A DNA stretch of 64,000 nucleotides, from assembly GCA_944391815.1 (NCBI GenBank), contig CALXUV010000075.1, positions 920 to 64,919 on the forward strand, read 5' to 3'. Positions within the stretch are counted from its first letter, which is position 1. Each line of letters opens with the position of its first letter. The position numbers and the translations under genes were made by a program. The notes below the pieces were generated by a model. The model made no database searches and was not told the origin of the DNA. It was given only the letters and a program-made list of their open reading frames with translations. This document shows positions 7,238 to 15,800 of this stretch, one piece after another. The stretch is from an uncultured Clostridia bacterium (GTDB lineage: Bacteria > Bacillota > Clostridia > Oscillospirales > CAG-272).

Positions 7238-8237
7238 CTTCGCTTTCTCCTTTGAATACATCAAATTCTTTTGTAATGCATGGATAAGACAGAAACCGTC
7301 CCAAAAATCTGTTTACTGTATTTTTTAATATATTTGAGTGATGCAGATAAGCATACAGATAGTTATATTCTGCGCCGAGTTTCAGTTTGGATTCATCCGC
7401 GGTCTGACCAAAATCAATGGTCCTGAAACGGTGCTCTATTCCGTACCGTATTATTTCAAGAAGTATTCTGTGATAAGTGTCATACTCGGCATTATAATCA
7501 TAATCAACGCCGACAAATTCAAATATCAGCTCACTTCCATTCTCAAGAAGCTGGCAAAATCCCATAATTTTACCACTTTTCGACAAGGTAAATATTTTAA
7601 AAAAATCACCTCTGAAAAATGATATCGGCAACTTCTCTATTTTCAATCTTGATTTGTTATAAACCTGAAGATAACAGTTGTACATTTCCTCTGAAAAATC
7701 CGAGTTCTTTTCCAGAAAAGAAATTTCCAGTTCGCTTGATTTTTTCAAAGCCTGTCTGTATCTTCTGCGATAATGACTCCTTAAACTTTCCATATAATCG
7801 TCAAAAGATGCAAAACGATTGGTAAAAATGCATTTCGGACAGGTAAGTCCTTTAGCAAAACCGTCCAGTTTCATATCTCCGAGATTGAGTAAAATTTTTG
7901 GACCTTTCATTTTCTTTATGTACCTAAGAGCTTCGTTCAGACACTTTCCGTAGACAATTCCCGGACGTGTAACTGACAAAGGAACATAAACGAATTTCAT
8001 ATCCATATATAAATCGAATTTCGTAAACATCCCAAGATTGTAATGCTTTCTCTCATAAGTCATAAAAACCGTGTCCAGAGTTCCGTCAAAATAAACCGCA
8101 TAGTATCTTTGATTGCAACTGTCTGTCCTTTCAATAAATTCCAGAAATTGCCTTTTCATATAAATATTGTCGCCTGTTATACTGTCCCATTCTTGCGGCG
8201 CATCTTTAATTGAATTATAACATTCTATATTTATCAT
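7203..8237 (-). CDS. GNAT-fold transferase of the BioF2-like/FemAB-like type (Acetyltransf_6-like)
   Basis: 344 aa; the start ATG sits in an ATGA overlap with the upstream stop. The pattern SFDDYMESLRSHYRRRYRQALKK ... FEFVGVDYDYNAEY ... IDFGQTADESKLKLGAE resembles FemAB/CelD-like acyl- or aminoacyl-transferases. The family call is by eye. Confidence 0.6.
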   Translation of the reverse strand: MINIECYNSIKDAPQEWDSITGDNIYMKRQFLEFIERTDSCNQRYYAVYFDGTLDTVFMTYERKHYNLGMFTKFDLYMDMKFVYVPLSVTRPGIVYGKCLNEALRYIKKMKGPKILLNLGDMKLDGFAKGLTCPKCIFTNRFASFDDYMESLRSHYRRRYRQALKKSSELEISFLEKNSDFSEEMYNCYLQVYNKSRLKIEKLPISFFRGDFFKIFTLSKSGKIMGFCQLLENGSELIFEFVGVDYDYNAEYDTYHRILLEIIRYGIEHRFRTIDFGQTADESKLKLGAEYNYLYAYLHHSNILKNTVNRFLGRFLSYPCITKEFDVFKGESEDETVEYPSCKT

Positions 8238-9283
8238 ATTCTGTACTCGTACACTGCAAAATTGCGTTCAATTTTCTTTATTGCATATTCGTTCAATGAC
8301 ATCGAATCAAAATTGCTTCTCCACACAAAATTTGTTTCGGCATAGATATAATCACGGACATACTTTGACATTTCATAAAGAAGATTGCAAGTCAGAAATC
8401 CGCGGTATTCCGGCTTTACACCAATTGAATTTATTTTGAAAGTGGTGATTTTCTTTTTGAACAAAGAGTACCTGCAAGCGATGGAAATGAGACTGTTCTG
8501 CTTTCCCTTCTTTAAAATTTCATTGTAATCGGGGTGCCAGAATAAAAATCCGACTGCCTCATTACCATCGAACGCCAGCAATAAATTTTCCGGCCGCAAA
8601 AAAAATTTCATCTGGCCTATAAGCTCCTCAAAATGTCTTTCCTCTGTCGGTGAATACAAAAATGTTTTACCGATTGTTGCATCACATATTTCTTTAAAAA
8701 AAGCCATCTCTTTTGAAAAACAACTGAAATCAATCGGTCGGACAGTGATTCGGGATGGACGGTAACTCAGTTTGTTAACCATTGCGTCTACGCGGTTTCT
8801 GAATGCAACCAACTGATAACTTTCAGCATCACGGAAATAATCAGGGTAATATAACTTAGAGTACATCGAATCAAAAGTATTGGCTTTATTCATGTCAAGA
8901 CTAAGTCCCACGCCGTAACTCAGATGTCCGTTTAAACCGACAATTATTCTGTTTACTTTCATTTCTTCAGCAAATGCTTTTGCCTTATCCTTAATCAGTT
9001 CAACTGCATTTTCCTGATTTTCAAGTGCCTCAAAAAAAGCTATCTGTACAAAGTCGTCATAAGGGTATTTTATAAGAATACCTTCCGCAACCGTTTTGCC
9101 GTTATCCTCGATCATGACGGGCTTCATTACACATCTTGCCGCAAATTGCGTACTTCTGAATAACAGCATATCAACAGTAAATTCTACGGTAGATACATAG
9201 AACGGATCCCCTTGATACAGCTTTTTTCGGAATTTTCGGAATTTTCTGATTTGTTGTTTATTGGTAACTTCTATAACCTGCAT
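8234..9283 (-). CDS. Uncharacterised GNAT-like acyltransferase-fold protein; first gene of the cassette
   Basis: 349 aa with a GAGGAG RBS. An N-terminal FRKFRKKLYQGDPFYV segment and a C-terminal GFLFWHPDY...IGVKPEYRGFLTCNLLYEM segment suggest a GNAT-type fold, but the canonical Q/RxxGxG/A acetyl-CoA motif is absent. Confidence 0.5.
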   Translation of the reverse strand: MQVIEVTNKQQIRKFRKFRKKLYQGDPFYVSTVEFTVDMLLFRSTQFAARCVMKPVMIEDNGKTVAEGILIKYPYDDFVQIAFFEALENQENAVELIKDKAKAFAEEMKVNRIIVGLNGHLSYGVGLSLDMNKANTFDSMYSKLYYPDYFRDAESYQLVAFRNRVDAMVNKLSYRPSRITVRPIDFSCFSKEMAFFKEICDATIGKTFLYSPTEERHFEELIGQMKFFLRPENLLLAFDGNEAVGFLFWHPDYNEILKKGKQNSLISIACRYSLFKKKITTFKINSIGVKPEYRGFLTCNLLYEMSKYVRDYIYAETNFVWRSNFDSMSLNEYAIKKIERNFAVYEYRI

Positions 9284-9365
9284 TTTTACTCCTCACAAAG
9301 CCCTGATAACATATTTAACAATTTGTTTTTCACAACGAAATAATAATTAGTTTATTTGTTATAAT

Positions 9366-9394
9366 ATTATAACATAATATGTCAGATTTTTCAA
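9366..9394 (-). promoter_or_regulatory. Sigma-A-type promoter for the four-gene cassette
   Basis: The minus strand reads TTGAAA-17 nt-TATAAT with a TGn extension (ATGTTATAAT), about 80 nt upstream of the start at 9283. Confidence 0.55.
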
Positions 9395-9595
9395 CATGTT
9401 TTTAATTTATGTTGGAAAATTATCCGTTCAGCACCCTTATTTGGGTCAAAAGGTAAAATTGAATTTTATAAAAAATAAGCATTTACTTCTAACAAAAATT
9501 CAATAAAACATTGCTTTTTTATATTATAACAAACTTCAATATCACTGTGGATAAATCTTTAAGTACTGTCAGATAAGGCTTGCCGGCATAAAAAT

Positions 9596-9637
9596 AACGG
9601 ATCTGATAAACAGTGTAATCTGTAAATCGGATCCGTT
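9596..9637 (-). terminator. Hairpin with flanking A/T runs after the hydrolase gene; possibly bidirectional
   Basis: AACGGATC (9596-9603) pairs with GATCCGTT (9630-9637). The 26-nt loop has an inner ACAG/CTGT stem, and T-runs are present on both strands. Confidence 0.4.
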
Positions 9638-9785
9638 TTAAAATAATTCGCAAAGGTAATCTTAACAGCTGACTTTTCTGCAATTATGTTACAGTATCCG
9701 GAGCACAACCTGATACTCACATACGCTTTTTTTGTCAGCTTTCGGATAATTAAATATATAATTACAAAACAAGCATCAAACGTGT

Positions 9786-10763
9786 TCAGGTATTTTCCAA
9801 ATACTTTCTGAAGAAAGTTTCAATGTCATCAAAAGGTATTATGTCAAGACGGTCATAAAGATCGGTATGCACAGCTCCGGGTATGATTTCAAGTTTTTTG
9901 TTGTCCCCTTTCAGTTTTGAAAATGCATCTATACTGAAATAGCAGGAGTGTGCTTTTTCTCCATGAACCATCATTACCGCACTTCTTATTTCTGCCGAAT
10001 AAGACAAAATCGGCATGTTAATAAAAGAAAGCGATGATGTTATGTTCCAACCGCCGTTGGAATTAAGGGAGCGAGGATGATAACCACGGTCAGTTTTATA
10101 ATAAGCATAATAATCTTTTACATAGAACGGCGCGTCATCCGGAATTTTATCAGGAAGTCCGCCGGCTAACGCAGGTTTTCCGCTTATGTAATCAAGCGTA
10201 CGCTGTGCGTTCAGCTGCTCTTTCATTCTGTAACGTCCGTCTTCGTTAACACTGTCGAAATAACCGTTAGCGGTAACGCGGCACATATCATACATTGTGA
10301 CTGTTACGGTAGCTTTAATTCTCGTATCGATGGCTGCTGCATTTAAAGCCATTCCGCCCCAACCGCAAATGCCGAGAATACCGATGCGCTCCTTATCTAC
10401 ATTATTCTGCACCGATAAAAAGTCAACTGCGGCACAAAAATCTTCGGTGTTTATGTCGGGGGAGGCTACATAACGCGGTTCGCCTCCGCTCTCACCCGTG
10501 TAGGATGGGTCGAACGCTATCGTAAGGAACCCTCTTTCTGCAAGCGTCTGCGCATACAAACCGGATGATTGCTCCTTTACTGCCCCGAACGGTCCGGAAA
10601 CGGCAAGTGCACTCATTTTTTCACCTGTGTTTTTGGGAATATACATATCGGCAGCAAGAGTAATACCGTAGCGGTTATGAAAAGTAACTTTTTTATGTTC
10701 TACCTTATTGCTCCGCAGAAATGTTTTATCCCACTCGTCTGTTAAAATCAGTTTATCTTCCAT
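9786..10763 (-). CDS. Alpha/beta hydrolase (dienelactone-hydrolase-like, Cys nucleophile elbow)
   Basis: 325 aa. The nucleophile elbow is GILGICGWGG (G-x-C-x-G), and a C-terminal GAVHTDLYD segment carries the putative catalytic His. The start overlaps the upstream gene's stop by 1 nt at 10763. Confidence 0.7.
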   Translation of the reverse strand: MEDKLILTDEWDKTFLRSNKVEHKKVTFHNRYGITLAADMYIPKNTGEKMSALAVSGPFGAVKEQSSGLYAQTLAERGFLTIAFDPSYTGESGGEPRYVASPDINTEDFCAAVDFLSVQNNVDKERIGILGICGWGGMALNAAAIDTRIKATVTVTMYDMCRVTANGYFDSVNEDGRYRMKEQLNAQRTLDYISGKPALAGGLPDKIPDDAPFYVKDYYAYYKTDRGYHPRSLNSNGGWNITSSLSFINMPILSYSAEIRSAVMMVHGEKAHSCYFSIDAFSKLKGDNKKLEIIPGAVHTDLYDRLDIIPFDDIETFFRKYLENT

Positions 10764-11977
10764 TAATTATTTCCCTCCTGACTCAGTTTTTCATAATCTT
10801 CATCCGGAACTGCTTCAAGCCACTCGTTTGAAGTATTTTCACCCGGTAATTCAACAGAAATATGCGAAAACCAACTGTCTTTGCTTGCTCCGTGCCAATG
10901 TCGGACACCTGCCGGAATTTCCACAACATCGCCCGGGTTTAAACTCTTAGCAGGCTTTCCCCACTCCTGATACCATCCGTGTCCGGCAACGCAAAGCAGT
11001 ATTTGTCCTCCGCCCTTATCCGATTTATGAATATGCCAGTTGTTTCGGCATCCGGGTTCGAATGTGACGTTTGCGAAAAAAGGCTTATATGTCGGAGAAG
11101 TCAGCGGATTCAGATATGATTTTCCTACAAAAAATTTTGCATAATCAGTATTTTCTGTACCTTTTCCGAAAACATTCTGCTTTTCAAATTCAGACTGAAT
11201 TTTATTCGAGTCTCTTTCGTTAAGTATATCTTCAGAACAATTAAGCGCATTGAAAAGTCTCGGAAATCCCATATACGGCATAGCTTGAGCAAGTGCACAG
11301 ATAATTTCTTCTCTTGTGCTGCCCGTTTTCAATGCTCCTATGACATGAGAACGTAGCTGTAACTCCGTACCGCCCATTGCTGCAAGCATGACAACAGTCA
11401 GAAGTTCCCTTGTTTTTGCTTCAAGACCGCTTCTTGACATAAAATCTCCGAAACAAAGTTCAGTCAGCCACATAGGTATAAGTTTTCCGTATTCTCCGGG
11501 CAACCATTTGTAACGGTCGGATATTTCTTCACCATAAATTCCGGACTGTAAAGCAAATCCTTTTTCGTATCTGTTATTTTCATTGCTCACTTCCCTGTTT
11601 TCAAGAGGCAATGAGATCCCGTTTTTTTCAAAGACCTCGTTCATTGCCGATATAGCATTCAGCGTTTTCGGAAATCCGATAAAAGGAGCACACTGATAAA
11701 CTGTTTCCCGTATATCTGACGGGGAAATTCCGATGTTAAGGCAGGCGCCTACATGTGCACTGAGCTGAGGTAAAGTTTGATTTACGGTGAGAACAGTAAC
11801 GGTGATCAGCTCACGCATACGGTTATCAAGCACACCTTCGTAACTGACTTCTCCGAATATAAAACGCTGTAAAATACGCATAAATTCAGGGTCGCTACCT
11901 TCATTCTGAACCGGCTTACCGCCAAAAAGTTCTCTGAATTTTTCTTCCGTTTTTTCAGTTCTGTTTATTTTTATCAC
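10763..11977 (-). CDS. Carboxymuconolactone decarboxylase (AhpD-like) x2 fused to a C-terminal cupin
   Basis: 404 aa with two CMD-like repeats (PFIGFPKTLNA and PYMGFPRLFNA) followed by a cupin (GDVVEIPAGVRHWHGA). The GTG start at 11977 has poor RBS spacing, so the start is uncertain. Confidence 0.7.
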   Translation of the reverse strand: MIKINRTEKTEEKFRELFGGKPVQNEGSDPEFMRILQRFIFGEVSYEGVLDNRMRELITVTVLTVNQTLPQLSAHVGACLNIGISPSDIRETVYQCAPFIGFPKTLNAISAMNEVFEKNGISLPLENREVSNENNRYEKGFALQSGIYGEEISDRYKWLPGEYGKLIPMWLTELCFGDFMSRSGLEAKTRELLTVVMLAAMGGTELQLRSHVIGALKTGSTREEIICALAQAMPYMGFPRLFNALNCSEDILNERDSNKIQSEFEKQNVFGKGTENTDYAKFFVGKSYLNPLTSPTYKPFFANVTFEPGCRNNWHIHKSDKGGGQILLCVAGHGWYQEWGKPAKSLNPGDVVEIPAGVRHWHGASKDSWFSHISVELPGENTSNEWLEAVPDEDYEKLSQEGNN

Positions 11978-12380
11978 CCTTTCATTTTTTTATAGTTGCA
12001 TCAGATATCACAAATATGTTTTTGTATAAGATAATTCGGTATAATAATATGGCATTCCAATAAATCCACTAAAACTCAATATCTTAAGAATTCTGAACAA
12101 TCAAATTATTTAATCAGTGCATTAACCGATTCCGATTAAATTATATCACTGATTACATAAAATGTCAAATAGTTATATTCTATTCAATATTATGCTTTTA
12201 AAGCATTAATTACTGATTCCGTTATTATATCAAAATGACATATTTATTTTAAGCAACCATAAAACTATATTTTCGTAACAACTATTTCAAACAATATCAA
12301 GATTGCAACTTCTCTATCCATATATTGATATTACATGCATTTAATGATAATTTATCCAAATTCACTCCACAAAAACAAAA

Positions 12381-12412
12381 AATCTACCGCAAAGCTTGCG
12401 CTTTGCGGTAGA
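12381..12412 (-). terminator. rnpB terminator
   Basis: An ATCTACCGCAAAGC-TTGC-GCTTTGCGGTAGAT hairpin is followed on the minus strand by TTTTTTGTTTTTG. Confidence 0.8.
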
Positions 12413-12780
12413 TTACGAGAGGACTTGTAAGCCGGGTTCTGTAACGACTTAAGTCGCCCGCAATTATCTATCTTGGTTTTATGTCGCCATAAAACTCCTT
12501 GCCACCCGCAAAATTCCATCGGGCAGATGTGGATTTCTCCCTTTTGCATACGGTGTTGCTTCGGATAGGGTTTACATTTGCAGACTTGTTACCAAGCTGC
12601 CGGTGAGCTCTTACCTCGCCTTTCCATCCTTACCGGCATTGCCGGCGGTCTATTTCTGTTGCACTTTCCCGGAGGTCACCCTCGGCTGACGTTATCAGTT
12701 ATCCTGCCCTGTGAAGCCCGGACTTTCCTCGCAATAATACCTTTCGGCATGATATTACGCAATTGCGCCGTCCTCTCGCA
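12413..12780 (-). ncRNA. rnpB: RNase P RNA (bacterial)
   Basis: The minus strand contains the universally conserved CGAGGAAAGTCCGGGC (P4 5' strand), GTGCAACAGAAA, GGTAAGAGCTCACC and ACAGAACCCGGCTTACAAGTCCTCTCG. The last pairs with the 5' CGAGAGGAC (P1). Length is about 368 nt. Confidence 0.95.
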
Positions 12781-12785
12781 TAGTT

Positions 12786-12814
12786 ATTATAATACAAAAT
12801 TGCTGATTTGTCAA
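12786..12814 (-). promoter_or_regulatory. rnpB promoter
   Basis: The minus strand reads TTGACA-17 nt-TATAAT exactly, ending 6 nt upstream of the predicted P1 5' end. Confidence 0.75.
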
Positions 12815-12819
12815 CAATA

Positions 12820-15800
12820 TCAGAACTCAAGCTGTCCTTTGTAAACAAGAGCCGCATTTCCGGTAAGCACAAGCCCGTCTTCGGAGTAGTTGACAATAAG
12901 ATCTCCGCCCTTGACTTTGACTGTAATATCGGTTGCCATATCGCACAGTCCGAGTCTGCAAGCGACTGCAACAGCCGCACATGCTCCTGTTCCGCAGGCA
13001 TATGTTTCTCCGTTACCTCTTTCCCAGACGCGCATTTTAAGAGTGTTTCTGTTTACTACACGGACAAACTCTGTATTTATTCTTTCAGGGAAAATTTTAT
13101 TGTATTCAAACTGCGGCCCGACATTTTCAATATCAACCGCGTCAACCTTTTCGCAGAACACGACACAGTGAGGATTACCAACGGATACACAGCTTATTCT
13201 GTATTCTTTATCCCCGACTTTCAGGGGCTGATCGATAACTTCTTCGTTATCGGAAATTACCGGAATCTCCGCCGCTTTGAAATCTGCTTTTCCCATACGA
13301 ACCGAAGCGGACGTTACCTTATCGTCTGAAAGATAAACCCTGACTTCCTTTATTCCGCTCGCCGTTTCAATATTCATATACTCTTTTCTGACTTTTCCGC
13401 TGTCATAAAGATATTTTGCCACGCAACGGATACAGTTACCTGCCATTTTTCCTTCGGAACCGTCTATATTGAACATTCTCATTTTTGAATCGGCAACATC
13501 AGACTTTTCTATCAGCACAAGACCTTCCGCACCGATGCCGTAATGGCGGTCGGTGTACATCAGGGCAAGGGATTCGGGACAGGTTATTTTACCGTCATAG
13601 TTATCAAGCAGGATGTAATCGTTTCCGCTGCCTTGCATCTTGAAAAATTCAAGCGTCATTTTTTCCGTTCTCATGGCATTTATGTCAACAAGCTCGGTGT
13701 TATGTTCCGTATATCTTGACGCTATTATGTCGGCAAGGGCATTGGCTGTATCAAGTGATGTAAGACAGGCAACTCCGAGCTGTGTCGCTCTGCGGTGAAG
13801 TCTTATAAAGTCTTCGATTGATTTTTTCTGACCGATGCCTGTGTAAACGATATAGTTGAGTTTCTCTCCTTCAAGCAGCTCCATTATCTCGTTTGACTTT
13901 GAAAGATTACGCACAACCGTTACATCAATTCCGAGTGAAGCTATTTCTCTTGCGGTTCCGCGGGTAGCGTATATCTTCATTCCAAGTTCATCAAGCTTCT
14001 TTGCAAGTTTGACTATTTCAAACTTGTCCTGATCCGAAACTGTAATAAACACACCTTTTGCAGCATTGTCGGAATGATCGTAAAGCTTGAATCCTGCTGA
14101 AAGCATTCCTTTGAACACCGCCTCATTAAGCGACTTACCTATTCCGAGAACCTCTCCGGTCGATTTCATTTCCGGACCGAGAGCGGAGTTGGCGTCGCTG
14201 AGTTTTTCAAAGGAAAATACCGGAACTTTTACCGCAAAATACGGTGGAGTCTTATAAAGACCGGTTCCGTATCCGCACTCTTCAAGTGTTCCGCCGACCA
14301 TTATCTTTGCCGCAATATCGACCATCGGCACGTTTGTTACTTTGCTAATATACGGAACAGTTCTTGAAGCTCTGGGGTTGACTTCAATTACATAGAGCTC
14401 GTTTCTGTATATCAGGTACTGGATATTGACAAGTCCCTTAGTGCCAAGCGAAAGCGCAAGTTTGGTTGAGCACTCAACAACTGTATGGCGCATCTTATCA
14501 GTAAGATTATAGGGCGGGTACACGGCGATAGAGTCACCGGAATGCACTCCGGCACGCTCTATATGCTCCATTATTCCGGGTATAAGAACATCTTTACCGT
14601 CGGAAATCACGTCAACCTCAAGCTCGGTTCCCATGAGGTACTGGTCTATAAGTACCGGATTTTTTATTCCCTGTGCAAGGATAATCTTCATATAACGTCT
14701 GACATCCTCTTCGGTATGTGCAATCGTCATATTCTGACCGCCTATAACGTAAGAAGGTCTGAGCAGAACCGGATATCCGAGAGTTTCCGCCGCGCTGAGC
14801 GCCTCTTCTTCTGTCATAACAGAAAGTCCCTTCGGACGTTTGATGGCGAATTTTTCAAGCAGGGCGTCAAAACGCTGTCTGTCTTCCGCTACGTCGATTC
14901 CGTCCGCAGAAGTTCCGAGTATTTTTATTCCTTTTTCATCAAGGAATTTCGTGAGTTTTATGGCCGTCTGACCACCGAAGGCAACAACAACTCCGATCGG
15001 ATTTTCAACTTTAATTACGTTCATAACGTCTTCCGGAGTCAGCGGTTCAAAATAAAGCCTGTCCGCAGTATCAAAATCCGTCGAAACAGTTTCAGGGTTA
15101 TTGTTAATTATAATTACTTCGTAACCGAGTCTTTTCAGAGCCCATACGCAGTGCACAGACGAATAGTCAAACTCTATTCCCTGTCCTATTCTTATCGGAC
15201 CTGAACCAAGAACTATTATTCTCTTGCTGTCATTTTCCTTATTGACAACTGCACGTGCTTCGCACTGATTGTCATAAGTTGAGTAAAAATACGGAGTTTC
15301 GGCTTTGAATTCAGCGGCACAAGTATCAACCATTTTGTAAACGGCATTTTTGTTTTCGGGAAGCGGATAACCGCTGATTCTTTCAAGAGCTTTATCTGTA
15401 TATCCGTATTTTTTACCTTTGATATAAGAATCTCCGTCGAGCGGACTTCCCGCTATCTCCTCCTCATAGTCTGCGAGGTTTTTGAGTTTTGATATAAACC
15501 ATCTGTCAATTCTGGTTATACGGTTTATTTCATCAACCGAAATTCCCCTTTTCAGTGCCTCAAAAATTGTGAAAAGACGCTTGTCATCGCAGTGACTGAG
15601 CTGATCGACAATATTTTCGGTCTGCTGGACGGAAGGCATATTTAGGGTGTCGACTGAAATTTCGGCACCTCTTACCGCTTTCATTATCGCCATTTCAAAA
15701 CTCGGCGCAATAGCCATTACCTCTACGGTCGCTTTCATAGCAGTTCCGAGAGTTCTGCTTGCATTGACAAACTTGTCAAAAGGCCACTTCGGGAATTTAA

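Noticed and set aside
9284-9590. Search for a same-strand precursor-peptide ORF upstream of the rSAM/GNAT cassette
   Set aside because: I translated every minus-strand ATG in this interval. The longest frame is 20 codons (from 9482) and has no SD, so no precursor can be called.
12352-13001. ORFs 12352-12549 (-), 12578-12844 (+) and 12699-13001 (-)
   Set aside because: They overlap RNase P RNA and its promoter and terminator. The conserved rnpB elements explain this sequence.
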